NCBI GenBank assembly: GCA_051362555.1
Contig: CM120649.1
Span: 8,494,001 to 8,558,000, forward strand
DNA from: Lingula anatina
Lineage: Eukaryota; Animalia; Brachiopoda
Direction: 5' to 3'
DNA length: 64,000 nt
In this document: positions 25,142 through 38,920 of the stretch, one piece after another
Numbering within the stretch: position 1 is the stretch's first letter
Layout of the letters: each line of letters starts with the position of its first letter
Program-made: the position numbers and the translations under genes
Notes under the pieces: generated by a model
What the model was told of the DNA's origin: nothing
Seen by the model: only the letters and a program-made list of their open reading frames with translations
The model's database searches: none

Positions 25142-28100
25142 CGGTAATGTGCCATGAATTTCGAACAGTAGAAAATAATTAAATTTGGGAAAAGATCGTT
25201 CTGGCCGAAATTCATGAAAAGGAGGTGCTCAGAACTTCCGAAAGTTCGAATTTCATGGAATTCTGTCAATTTTGACCGGAAGTTGTCTGTTCGTCGCTAG
25301 GCCTTCTGTTATCTTCTCCCGACGATCTATTTAGAGTTACCATAATGTATGATTGTGTGAGTGTCGGTAATTGCGACCAAAGGTATACATGTACTTTCAC
25401 CCGATCACTGTGTATGGCCCATAGATAGAGCGGTGCTGTTGTTTAGGGCCGCAAAACAGCATCGTTATCAGTAGTGTCGTTTTTCAAAAGCGATTCTGGC
25501 AGTCAGAAACTAGTGTCGTTTTTCAAAAACGATCCTGGCGCTCAGAACGGGAGTGGACGGAGGGAGAGACGGCCGACGATTAGCGTCTGCCACGGCCAGA
25601 TAACCTTTACTATGGAAGCTTAGTGTTACCGTTGCTCCTTTCCGTGCACTGAAACTGAGACGACAGCCGATCAGTGTCTATGGCGCACGTGCAGGTAGCC
25701 TTCATCTGCGATAAGTGTCTTCCGCGACAAGGTTCGTTGCCTTTACCGTTAAAGTCGGGCGGAGCTTTACGCGCGAATGCGTCCTCATCTCGCCGTTCGC
25801 GGGTCGGTGTCTCCGACGCATACGTAGCCTTCCCTGCAGAAGCCGGCCTCGGCACTACGGCCTCTCCTCCGTGCGGGGAGGCCACTACGACCGCAGATCG
25901 GTATGTGCGGCGCACAGGTAGCCTTCGCCACGGCAGCCGAACTGTGTATTACGGTCTCTCTCCGTCGTGCGCTGCGACCAAGATGACAGCTGATTGTTGT
26001 CTGCGATCAAATATACTAGGTTGGGGGGGGGGGGGGGTGCAGGGCCGTTTTATTTTTATTTATTTATTTTTTTTCGCTCAGGCAACCAGCAGCAGCAACT
26101 GATTTCCTGGCGCATAGTTGCGTCAATGTACGCATTTGAAAAGCGTGTACGTTTTGTCATTGAAACCATCTTCAAACAAACGCGAGAGATAGGTAATCTA
26201 GAGTAAACCGAAAAGGCAGTTTTTATATTCGTTCAAGGGACTGGAAGATCGTCAATAGGAGATAGTGAGCGATCTGAGCGCGACAATAAGCCAATTTCCA
26301 CACTAGTTCAAGGGACTTCGTTACTATATTCGTCAGCAAGAGATTGTCAGCGATCCGAGCAAGCATAGAAGCTCGGACTTTTTGTCCATGCTACATGTAG
26401 AAGGCAATTTTCATGTAGTCCGCAGGATATGGTTTGCTGGTTTGCGACAGGTGCGTAACCAGGCATACGCACGGATACTATAATTTTTTGGCCAACCATG
26501 AAATTATTCTCTTTAAATCTAGTGTACTTTTCAAGGAATATTATCGAAAATCCCCTTCGATTATAAGTTAATGTCACCTGAATGTACAAATTCTCTGTAT
26601 AATTTATATATGCACCATTGTTCTGACACCCTTCTCGTTTGCTTTCACAGAACTGAGGTAAACAATACTAGTTACCATCTGAAGTCCGATCTTAATCGTC
26701 CATCTAGCTGGAACTTGCTTTACCTCTTAATTAGAGGGTAAAGTGCCCTTCAGCTCACAGGTAGCTTTTGTCTTGAGTGTATCGAACGCGATATTTATCT
26801 CAGATAAAAATCTACCTGTGTGTTATTTCAAAGAGCTGCTCCAGCAGACCTGGGGGCACTAGATAAATCTGATCAACGGGCTAAACAAGGAGCCAGAGAA
26901 ACAAAGGAAGATTGATTTTTCCTGCAAAGTTTCAAAGAATTTTGACACGGACTTGATCCAGCTTAACCCTCCAAACTAACGGGGTGGCATGGGCAATTTT
27001 TACAAAATTTACAAACAATTAAACTTAGATATATTACAATTTTATCCTTTAATATAATTTTGGGAAGCATGCACCCGCATGTAAGCTGGGTGATGTCAGT
27101 AAGCCCCTAGTTAAATAAATATACCCTTATGAGCAAGGCTTTTCCCAGCGAACCGTCCAGCCGTCATTTGGACGGCCGCTGACATCACCGGACGGCCTAT
27201 ATTTTCAAAGACGGCTAGACGGCTTGCGACTTTTTTTTGATGACGTCTTGGCTTGTCGGGACAGCCGTGGACGTTGTAAGAAATTTTCTTAGAGTAATTT
27301 GACGTACCTAGCTTTTATGATGCGTCACAGATGAATGGTACTACTTTGAAGTGTACGCTGATATTCAGTCACGACGAAACTACTTCCTAAAGCTTACAAA
27401 ACACAATAAAATGTTTCTATGAACTTTAACTTTAAGATACACATTCCACGCCGTATGCAGCAGTGACAAGAATGACCTTCATGCGGTACAAAACACTAAG
27501 CAAACTACAGGCCAATTTGTGAAAGGGGACACCTTCCGGACCTTCATACGCACGGCAACTGACAAAGCTGATTGACAAAAAGGAAAATTTCAAATTTTCA
27601 GCGAGAGATCGTTCGCAATCCGAGAGAGACCAGGAGGCAATTTTCATATTTGTTAAAGAGGCTTCGTAAGCCAAAGGGCGAGACGAGAACGCAATTATCG
27701 TCAGCGTCGCAATCCGAGTGAAACGAGAAAGCTCATACTCGTTCAGTGGCTTTCGTTTGCGGCATATCGTCAGCCGGAGATCGTTCTCGATTGTTTTTAA
27801 CCCTCCATCCCTCCCCATTGGAATTTATAATTTTTAAAAATATTTTTCATTTCATTTGTACATTTCAAGGGACTTCATTAGCGGAAGATCGTCAGCGGGA
27901 GATCGTGAACAATCTGAGCGAGACAAGAAAGCAATAATGGTAATCTTTATTGCAGCTCTTAACATTGCTCTTTTGTTCTGTTGCTGAAGTCTCTACTGTT
28001 AACAATGCTATTGTGCGCCTCAGCAAAACTACCGATCGCTATCTCACACCGAATATTGCGGTAAAGAAACAACAGCCCGACAGTACAACTCTTAATAGAT

Positions 28101-28417
28101 TCTCCTGTTATCTGAATGAATGGATATGACGATGTTGTTTAGCGTCCTAAACTAACTGTACTGATCGTTATCTTGCACCTTGGGCCGCACACGTAGTACT
28201 CAGGTAAAGGTACGCTAGGGCAACATTGCCGACTGTTAGATCTTTATAAGCGCGAGAATAGCCCGGTGGCCGATTTTAAGGTGTACGAAATTCACGAAAT
28301 GAAGATCGCGCAAAATTGCTTACTGGCCGAAATTCATGGTCCAGAAAAAACTCCAGTCGGCCGATTTTAAGATCGTTCGAAATTCAAGAGCCGTTCGAAA
28401 TTCATGGCACTTTACCG
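25142..28417. mobile_element. 3.3-kb non-autonomous DNA transposon, Tc1/mariner-pogo-like (TA target duplication)
   Basis: TIR cggtaa(t/a)gtgccatgaatttcgaac at both ends (1 mismatch), TA on both flanks, subterminal ggccgaaattcatg repeats, CpG-rich, no transposase ORF. Confidence 0.88.
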
Positions 28418-31397
28418 TAGTTCACTTTTGTGTTAAATGTTGCTAATGGTAGAGGCAGTATTTGTTGGATTTAGTATGTGCTGTTGATTTACAATACATG
28501 TGGAGCTGAATATTCTGGAACACCTCAGCTATATATAAATTATGTCTCCCACATCTCTGGCATGGTTCTACTGTCATCATGTGACTGGACAGTGTTCACT
28601 GGTTCCCAGTACATCCGCACGGTCATTAATGTCACATCTGCTACAGTGACTGTCACTTTAATATATGATGGATTTGAAATAGAACATCTGACATGATAAT
28701 TGGCTTGTCTGAACAATTAAAAAAAAGCATGTTGCCTCTTGGATGATATTCCAGGGAAAAGATTTTGGTTTTAGCCTTTGGGCATATTATTTGTTTATTA
28801 TTTTGACATTATGGGATGATAATTGTCACACCAAGTCGTAAAATAATATATTCAGTGTAATTAGGCATCTCAAGCCTGGTAATAGCTTTAGAAGTTTCCT
28901 CTGTGGATAAAGGTTTGGTCATTCTATAGGTGTCTTTGTGATACAATTTGCCTCTTCACACTCCTGATGTATTTTGCCAAGAAAGGAAGAATCACATCTG
29001 TGTCTGTAACCTTAGTAAAACTTAGTTTATAACAATTTGTTTAGCAATATGGAGATGTGGAAGTTGAAAACATCATGATGATAGTCCTCAAGCTTTTCGT
29101 GACTTATTTTTTTAAAAAAGCATTAATAAGTTACACAACCACAGTATGTTACATAAGAAAAAAATACTTCAGGAAGTCACCCTTAATATCTGATATTTTA
29201 AAACTGCAGCTGGTGAGGTGGTGCCACAAGTCTGGAAAGACAAGCTGGCAGTTCCTGTCTACTTAGATGATAGATATGCTTTGGTATAGTACAAATGGAG
29301 AATTTTTAATCTATAAGATTAAATACAGAACAGGTACCAATTAAGGAATTAATGCCCCCACCCCACCTCTTCCCTTTTGAGAAATGTACATACTGTACTG
29401 TGTCATGAAAGTTGACACTGCTTATATATATCATGTACTACAAATGGGCCAAAACATGCTTATTTAGACTGGCAGCCATTTTTGGGTCAATCAGTGCATT
29501 TTACATTAATTGCAGCCAATACAACTTTAAGCCATAAAATTTTCACAATTCTGGCATCTTAACAGCTTGAAGTCTGGTGTTTTTTCAATATGCAACTTGT
29601 AGGGCAAAGCTAGACAAAGTGCAGAACTGTGGCCATTCTCTCTCTTTTTAACTTAGGGCAACATTATCCTAAGAAAAATCATTTGTTTGCAAATTAGTTA
29701 CTTTTTTATATAATAAACATTAGTATGTTGGTCCTTAAAGTTTGTGTGTAAAGTGAAGCAGGAACAAGATTTTTATATTGAAAATTAGCTCAATTTCCTC
29801 ATTTACTAAACTAGTATCAGCTATGAAATCTCTTGTTGCATTTTTCTATTTACCATCAAAATTATACTGTACATTTATTTAAATCTCCTTTGTTTTGAAA
29901 TTAAAATATTGCATCATATAAGTTAACTATATGAGCTTAATAAGCTCTCTACTAATTACTTTAAACAAAAACATTAATATTGATATTGTGTGCCATAAAA
30001 GTGCTTGTTAGCAATTAGCAGGCTATAAGTAGATTATTTAATGATTATACTGGGCATGAATTCAACAAGTTCTCAATTATTGCTTCACTTTCACAAAATA
30101 AATTGTAAATCATCCTTGTTAATTGTCACCAACTGACTACTCAAATTTCTGTTACTGTGTCACCCAACATGACACCCTTTGGTAAGTTTTGTAAAATACA
30201 GTAATTTAACAGTGTAATTATCATAATTATAACTGCCGTAATTGGATAACAAAAATACTTAGTACAACAGCTATGCCCCTTGTTAACATAATATCAAGCG
30301 TTTATGTTGACGCTATGAAACTTGATATATCTAGGTCACATGAATATTGTAATGATTTTTAATTATTGAGCATGAGGGTGAGAAAGAGTTTGTATCATAT
30401 TCTGTGTTATAGCATTTAGCAGCACAGATTTAAAGTACACTAATTTCTGCCCCTGCAGTTAAAGGCTGAGTTACAATTTTGATCAAGAATGCTGTGAACA
30501 GTCAAGTTTAATATGATAATTATTTCTTTATTGCTGGACATCACAGACTTTAAGCACAGACTGTTGTCATGGCAACGGCACCATCTGTGGCCGGCACAGC
30601 CTCTGTGTCACAGTGTTCATTGCAGCACATGTGGTGTAGCTAGAGCTCAACCTACCCCTCCCAGCACAGATATGCACAGAATGTAGCTGGAGAAAAATAG
30701 CTAAGATGTTTCCTAGGACTCTGAGCTATGATAGAAAATTATCTCATTTTCTATCAGATATGTTATTGTTTAGATATAGAAGTGGTACGCCATGACAAGA
30801 GATATGGAAGTGTCTTAGCCATTTGGTCACCTGTCACAGCTATGATCTCCAACAGCACATATGACACTGATTGTCTTCCGTATTGACATACTTGATGCTT
30901 GTAAGGATTTCTGCTGGTATATTGAGCAAGGATTATACTTCATATTTCATATAATACTACACAAATAGCAAGCAGCTTGTTGGAAGCCAAGTCTCTTATA
31001 TAAGACATATATGAATGTGTCATAATACATTAAGAGAATCTAATATAGTATTACAGATGTGACATTTGTAAATGTAGTCATTTCAAGCGCACGGGACTCT
31101 CACTGGAACTTGATTCACTCTATGTCTGTGTGTAGTGAGGTTGATGGCCAAAAACCTGAACTAGTAACTCCGTTATGGAGGGATTACTTGGCAGTGTGTG
31201 ACAGGCCTTGGAACAAGACATCATAATCCTTGTCTTCTGCTTACCTTGGACAAGACGTACATTTTCTAAAAACTTACATCAGGAAATGAAAAGTATTCAG
31301 ATTCTCAGTGATAAGCTGATTTTGGTAGAATTGAACACAGTTGACTTTACTGCTTGGCTGCCATTGATTAAGGTAAACTCCAAGTGAGTAACGGATA

Positions 31398-34300
31398 ATG
31401 AGTTCTTTAAGTGCCACTGAACAATGTAGCTTCTTGAATGAACTGAAGGCGGCACTCAAACACAAGACAGACCAAGAGACGGAGAATGACAATAAATTTG
31501 AAAGAGATTCTGATGGAAAGGAATGCAATGGAGAGGATGAAGGGAAAAGTAAAGAAAAGACCAGTGAAAATAGTGTAGACGCATGTAGCTCTGTATTGAA
31601 AGTCAAAGATGCTGTTCAAAATGCAGAACGGATTTTAAGTGCACATAGGCCTATATACCAAAAACGTCCAACTTCCAAAACTATTTACCAGTCGTATAAA
31701 AATGGTAGTCACACATCCAATGACAGCAAAGCAGCAGATAATTCTTCCAGCCATTATAACACTAGGATTCTGTCTCCAGCCAAATCCGTGATTCATCTCT
31801 GTCAAATTGGAAGTTCTAATGACAGTGATGTGGAGTTTCAGAACCTTGATGTCAAACATTCTAACACCGTGCCACGCACTGAAGCTAAGACCAAAGGATA
31901 CATGACCCCCAGCACTCTGTGGCAAAAAGAGGGGGGTGGCTTGTTTGAGGAGCTGAACAGTGTGCTGAAGCATAGGCAGGAACACTCACGAGATATTTAC
32001 AACAAACTGGAGGACTTGGAGAAGGTGAAGTCAGGGAAAACACTGACGTTCATAGGCGGGGCAGAGGTGGTTTATAGCACTCCCCATACTTCACCAGAGA
32101 CTAAAGCAAAATCCACAGAGAAGATGAGTATTCATTATCACTGCTCTAAAATACCCTCATCTCCTGGTAATGGTGGCCTGAGGAGTAAAATTGAAAACTT
32201 CAATAAAGAACCACCTAAAATTGTAATTTATGACATTGGTGATATAGACAAAAAGGGTAATAATGAGAAAAATTCTAATCAAACAGAAAACACCGATTGT
32301 GTTCTCAAAGGTCAAAAGTCTGTGCAGCAGCTGCAGAAGGCTATTGAAAACAAAATTGGATTCCTGCCAAAAACACCAGCACAGGTGGGTCCAGCTTATC
32401 GTAAAAAGGCAGATTTCATACCTAAAGTCAAGAATGGTTCAGCAAATGGTGTAATCCATAATGAGGCTGCCAATTCTTCATATGGGATAAGAAATTCTGT
32501 GCCTGAAGCAGAGAAATCATATCATAAATATCAAAATGGTACCGAAAAACCTTCTATGCATGTAGTTAACGGTGGTGAAGTGAGGAATCTGAAAACTATT
32601 CAAGACAGGCCACCCAGTCCACATTCTGGGACATTGCTGTCCCAGCTGGTAGACTCTGTGAGACTCCAGGTGGCAGACCTTGACTCAAGCCTGTCTCGGG
32701 AGACAACAGGGGATGTGTGGAAAAATAATGTAGAAACTGGAAGCATATCCAGCGAAGTTTCATCTGAACTGAGTTCCAATTCCACCATCACAGAGCTCCC
32801 AAACCTCAAGGAGGCTAGAACAGCTTCTAACAGCTTGCTTCCTGTGGTGTCTGATTCCGAGGGTTCCAAAATAAGTGAGACCAGGACCAAGCTTCATTTA
32901 CGCCCTGATGAGGAGTCTCTGACGTCTGTCACCCCCTGTGAAGCCTCACCTGTCCTGACACCTAAAACAGTGCCACTGCCACCAGTGTCATTCAAGGACG
33001 AGATCCGCAGGAAAATTGACCTTTGTCTGAAGTCTGCCCCACACCTAGAGGGGATGTCCACACTGGAGGGACACCAGGCTCTGGAACACCAGGCTCAGCA
33101 GGCAGGGCACACTGGGGAACTGAAGAGTCCAAGCTTTAAACCTTCCATCTATGTGCCATTGCTTCCAATGCAGCAAGATCACAACAAGGTAATGCTGCAT
33201 CATCCTGCTGAGGACCACACAACCCCTACAGTGACCCCCCAACTACATCCACCCCCTCCAGGGAGGCAGGGGAACAGTCAGGAAACTGGCTCTGAAAACC
33301 TGCAACAAAGTCCACAATGGCAACCATCGCAGGGACTGCTTGCTCCATCACAGCCACCACATGAAGATCATGTTGATTCACAAATACTCCAAGATTCTAA
33401 GGACAATTCCTCATCATTATCACTCAGTTCCAGTTCCACTCAGTCTGCCAAGGCTCAGTCTGCCTCCGCTCAGGGGCTGCTGGTACAGGAACTTCAGGAA
33501 CAGTTAAGGCACATGCATAAAGGTGGAAGCAAAGAAGATGACAAAACTACAAAGGTACTTACGGAGACAGAATCCACTACATCCAATTCTGAGGTAGAAT
33601 TCCCAGAAGGTTACATGACTTATCCATTACCAAACACATCTAAGCAAAAGTCTATGTCAGACCGAAACGCATTACAGAATCTTTTGGTCACTCACTCTGG
33701 GGAGAGAATACCATTAGATGGCACTGAAAACAGCTTCATTGCAGGTCAGCAGTCGCACCATGGTCCTTTCAGTCGTGCAAGTCCAGGCCACTGCACTGTG
33801 CCATCTCCCACCTCTTTCCATAAGAACTATCACCACATGAATAGCTTCATGAACCAGCTACAGCAGAAACTGGAACAGAACAGGGTTGGGAAGTCACTGG
33901 AATCTCTCAGCAAGAAAAAAGGGAAGAAATTTGATTTTAAGCGTGATCGTTCCTTAAGCTGTGACAATCTAGTAGATCAGGAGAATGAAGCCAACTTTGC
34001 TCTCCCCAATGTAGATTATGATCCTTCCGGTGGAGAACGAAAGCTTCAGAAGAGTGCCATTTCCATGGAGTATATTAACAGACAAGACTCCGATATAGGT
34101 CCTCTTAACCAACCTCATAAACAGATGCTGCAAGAGAAGCCTAGCTTATATAATACGTGGACTGCCCTCCCAGGTAAAAAGGCACGTGCTAAAAATAAAG
34201 CCAAACTGAAGCGCTTAGAAATGCGTCGCACTCTTGAGGACAGTGATTCATCAGGGACACCGTTGTTTGAGGGGGCAAAGCTCAGTGTAAAGAATGATGA

Positions 34301-34734
34301 GACGTATCTGGACACGCCATTCAAGAGGGAAATCCGTTCCCGTGCACGTTCCAGTGGACGAAGCTGTAGGGAGATGGTTAAGCCTCAGTATCGTTGCAGC
34401 ATGAACCGAAGTTCCATGCGTACCATTGGAGGCAATGAAAGCATCCACAGCGCCCACTGCATGTTTCTTAATGACCCTGTGGAACACAGTTCTGATGGCG
34501 ACACAGAGAGCTTGTTCCAAGAGATAGGGCAGTTTGAACAGCAGGTTATAAACTATGTGAAACAAGGGGACTTAACACAGTCTAATGACTCCATTCGTAG
34601 TCGTTACCAGCAGCAGATGGACCCATCCCATATCTCAGTCAGGACAGGGGGACTGTTCCGCAACCTGGCCTGCTGTCTCCTCTGTGACACCTACAGCTCC
34701 TCACTGGCCAGCAGGAGATTGAGGAGAAGACGAG
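31398..34734 (+). CDS. Large low-complexity coding exon (~1,112 aa), probable alternative first exon of the filamin gene; ORF runs to 34796 if unspliced
   Basis: 1,132-codon uninterrupted ORF in AT-rich intron, same strand; in-frame stop just upstream of ATG; phase-1 donor CGA G|gtgggg at 34734, same donor hexamer as bona fide exon 47902. Confidence 0.75.
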
Positions 34735-35134
34735 GTGGGGCTTACATTTATCTCTATATATTGGAGGCCATTCCCCTCTCTCATTGTACATATTGATACA
34801 TTGTAACACAGTGATTTCCCACATTTCATGCTGTTCCACTTCAAACCAACTGCCACACCCATACCACTCGGTATGCAGGCATTGTGCCTGTCAGCAATAT
34901 GCTGAAAGATTAAACAGTTTGTTTTATCTTTTTCACTCACAACCTTTATCACAATTCCCAGATGTATAGGGATCATATTTTTGAAACCAACATATAAGTA
35001 TTGCTTTGTCATAAAACGGATTGCTGCATGTTAAAATTAACTAACTTATACATTTAGTATCTGAATTAGGTTTATATTTTATTTACATGGGTGTTGATGC
35101 TGTGTAGAGTGAAATGTTGATTTGTTTGCTGTAG

Positions 35135-35191
35135 GTTATGACATCAGTAATGAATATGATAACCAGCTTCACTTCTACACCACCATAACAG
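35135..35191 (+). CDS. Tyr-rich micro-exon 1 (GYDISNEYDNQLHFYTTIT), 57 nt
   Basis: ctgtag|GT ... CAG|gtactt, phase 1-1, open. Confidence 0.65.
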
Positions 35192-36199
35192 GTACTTGTA
35201 CTTGTAGTATATATTGTGGGGTTGTGGCTGTGGAATCATGGTGGACCAATTCACACACAGTGGGGCGTGTTGTGTCAGTTTAATTTATTTTCACTATATG
35301 CTGGAAGCAGAGAGTGGGGATATAATTGATGGGGAAGGTTGAAAGATATTTTGGCAGCTTTTGGTGGTTCGGTTAATGGCTCCATCATTGTTTGTGTGTG
35401 CTTCAGTTGAGTCATTTTGGGGAATGTAGCTATCAACTTCTAAAAAAGGTTGTTTCACACATATTTTTATGATTTTCTCTTTTTTGTGTGGAAAAGAAAG
35501 TTTTGAAATTATTGTTATATTTTGTATGAAGTGTTCAAACCCTGGGAATTAAAGAGTAAAGGATAGGTATTTTGGTTTATTCCCATTTATGCAAGTGTAT
35601 GTTGTGGACATTTGCCTTTTATCAGCACTGTGTTTGATCTGCTTGTTCGTCTGCAGTAGGTCACTATATGTTAAGTACTTTGGTTTAAGTCTCAAATTTT
35701 GTTTCATATCCAAGTAAAATGTTGCTTACTCATGAAAGATTGACAGATAGAAGCAATCAGTTGGGCAGACTAACAGACAGTCAAACAGACAGACGGACAA
35801 ACGGGTGAGAGAGAAGTGTGTGTGGGTGTGAGTAAATGTTGCAATTTTAGGTATTTGTTATTGCCTTTGAAATCCAGTAAATATGCATTTCTTTTTATGT
35901 TAGGCTGAATTAAAATAAAAAGGTGAATTACTTCTCTGACTTATCAGCCATCAGTGGTGTTTCACCCATGACAGTGGTCTGATGGTTTCCTGGTTGGTTG
36001 TTCATTTAAATATTCTAATACTCTGTACTGACAGATATGAGCAATGCTGGGTACAGATATGTTGTTATAACGTAAAATATTTCATTTTTATGACAATTTA
36101 TCGTATTTTATGAGGATTTGTACACAAATGGAGGAATTATCAGCCATTCTCTTATATTCTAGCATCATAAACACATTCCCATGTTTCTCCCTTCCTTAG

Positions 36200-36292
36200 G
36201 TTCCCCATTCTTACAAGAGGCGGATGGTGCCGGCATGAAAGTCTATGATGACATGTACAACATGTACGGCAGCCATTATGGCAGTACCAGAG
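36200..36292 (+). CDS. Tyr-rich micro-exon 2 (GSPFLQEADGAGMKVYDDMYNMYGSHYGSTR), 93 nt
   Basis: ccttag|GT ... GAG|gtagta; begins with filamin GSPF motif. Confidence 0.8.
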
Positions 36293-37371
36293 GTAGTACA
36301 CTTGGATGGGATATTTCTGCTTGTATTTTTTAATAATAATAATATGTCCTCCCCTGCCCTTCCTTATATTTCTCTGTTCTTGGTGTCCTACTTACGAACA
36401 GGTTTGCATTACCATCTGCTTGAATTATGCTGCGATGGCCAATGGAGCTGATGGTTTCTTCAGATGTTGGCAAATTTTTTGAGCTTTTAAGATGAAGGAT
36501 TTAAAACACTGTCACTTTAGAGTCAGCCAGGGTTATTATGTGCAGGAAGCAGAATTTATAAAGCTTTCAAAGCCTGGGAACCCTGTCCTTGCTTTCAAGT
36601 TCCAGAACCTACTTTACCTTGCTTATATCCAGTATGAGGCAGCTCCTGAGTTGTTCATGGGTATCATGGATTGTGCATTTTTATAGTCAAGCAATCCTAT
36701 AATGTTGCCATTTTCTCATTGATCTTTAAAATGTTTTGATATCTGTCCCCTTGTTAGCATTATTTCCATTGCCTTGCATTTCCTCCTGATCTGTTGGATT
36801 AGTTTTGTCTAACAAGTCTTTCCTTTGATGTTCCATTCAATTGGTTCATGTTTTTCAGCTTGCTCTTTCTCCCATATTCCCATTTGTATGTTTTAGATTT
36901 CATTCATTTTATAATACTACAAAAATTCAGCTTATTGCATTACAAGCCATCAAAATTACATGTTCATAAAGGAATGGGATTAAAGGTAGAGCCCATATGT
37001 GTTTCCCTTTACCACCAGGTGGCAGCATTGGTGCATGTGTTCCTGCTTCCAGTTGGAGAAATATGCCCTTTTGCAATACTTGGTTTTGATGTGTGCTTAT
37101 AATTATGTGTATTCATTTCTTCCTTTTCAGCCATGGTTTAAAGGCATTGATTCAAAAATAATTTGGTGAATTATATCCACATTGCAAAATGTTTGACATA
37201 GTTATATTATTTATTGGTGAAAATTATATCATTATTGGTAAATTTTTTTATTCGCCTTTGTATATTGCTTGCATTTCTATTACTTGTTTGCATGTACTTT
37301 GTAATTATAAATTCAGTTAATTAAGACTGCATGATTAATTATCCTCTCCCCAATTCCTCCCATTTGTTTAG

Positions 37372-37452
37372 GGTCACCTTTCATACAAGAAGTACGCGAG
37401 CAGCCCTTGTATGCCACAGTGCAACGCCAAACTATAGAAACACAGAGGTCAG
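37372..37452 (+). CDS. Tyr-motif micro-exon 3 (GSPFIQEVREQPLYATVQRQTIETQRS), 81 nt
   Basis: gtttag|GG ... CAG|gtaagg; GSPF start. Confidence 0.82.
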
Positions 37453-38485
37453 GTAAGGTCAAGGTCAAGCCTCAGTATCATATGGAGGCAACTCAGACCA
37501 GCCAGTTCGTGATGTTCATGTTTTTTCTATTTTTATTCTGACTTTCAGCTCTGCTGTATCGCTGGTGTAAGATGCCTTTCTTAACGCTTCCCATGGTGTA
37601 CTACTGCTTTTGCTGAGTGCTGTTCTAACCCAGATCTTTACTCTGAACACTCTCATATGATGTATTCATATGTATGTGATGTCATATACTTTTTTTTATT
37701 TAGACATCTTTGACTAATCTGTTGATTTCTTGAATATGTTTGCAGTGTGAATTCTTAATAACTTATGTGTCACTGAAGTTATTCAGATAAAACAGGGTTG
37801 CAGACTTCTCCCTTTCAATAATTCAATTACAAGAACAGCATTGTCAGATGAAGATGTTTTTACATTTTCCTTCATTGCATTCTTGCACGTCACAAAGATG
37901 TCGCACATGCAAGAACATGAAAATCCCTAAAACATTGGACAGCTTTTTGTGTCACTTGGATTTAGCAAACCATGTGTGCTAACATTGTAACATAATATGA
38001 GGCAGTAAGGCTCTCTGCACAGCAAGCAGTATACATGTTACATTTATAAAATGTACCAGCTAACATATAAGTAACCCACAAGAGATTTTCATCACTTTCA
38101 CAGATTTAGACAAAAGTTCAAGTTACTCTTTCACATAGTAACCAATTTATAAAGTGGTCAATCTCTCAAATAAGTGTAGTGTTATTAACTGAATTGCCAA
38201 GGTGTGCATGTACTGCTTACTGTGAAGAGGGCCTCACAAAATAGGTACTACTACATGTAACATCTCCCAACATTCCACTAACATGAAATCCCACTCTCAA
38301 TACAATGTGTAGATTAGACCTATCTTCAGTATTAATCTATTGATGCTGATGATGGGACTGTTACAGCATGCAATATGGCTGTTCAGTGCATTGCCTGTAT
38401 TTTATACAGACTAACCTATCATCTTACTAACTGACTCTTTTGCCATTAAACAAGACTTCATATTTATGTGGGGAAAGCTTTCTAA

Positions 38486-38536
<51 letters not shown>

Positions 38537-38920
38537 TTGTAAAACATTTAGCATTGTCTGCACTGTAGTAATAAATATTGGATAAATTACTGTAGTATCA
38601 TTAATTTATTGAATTTTTGAAAACTCTTTCACTAAGTTAGATTCATTAATTTAGAATATTTCAAACTTTGATTGATTGTGGTATTAACTAGTATGTGACA
38701 TTATACAGACATTAGGACTAAATATATTTATATATAATAGCATGTTCTCTCCTTGTATGCCAGCATCACATGGAGAAGATATTGAACAAGTAACAGCCTC
38801 CTTCATGTATATACTGGTAGTTAATTGTTAATATTTCCATTTCAGTCTGAATTTTGTACAGGGATATCTGTATTCATTTTTAAGTTGTCTCTTTTGTGTT
38901 TATCCCATTTCTATGAGTAG

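Noticed and set aside
25610-26206. Overlapping GC-rich ORFs inside the transposon as a transposase or captured gene
   Set aside because: No DDE/HTH motifs; short ORFs on both strands are expected from high GC.
31274-35012. Several minus-strand ORFs overlapping the 1,132-aa ORF
   Set aside because: Antisense shadows of a long coding frame.
38764-38816. Additional micro-exon candidate (ASHGEDIEQVTASFMYIL)
   Set aside because: 53 nt with a phase-0 donor, incompatible with the phase-1 array.
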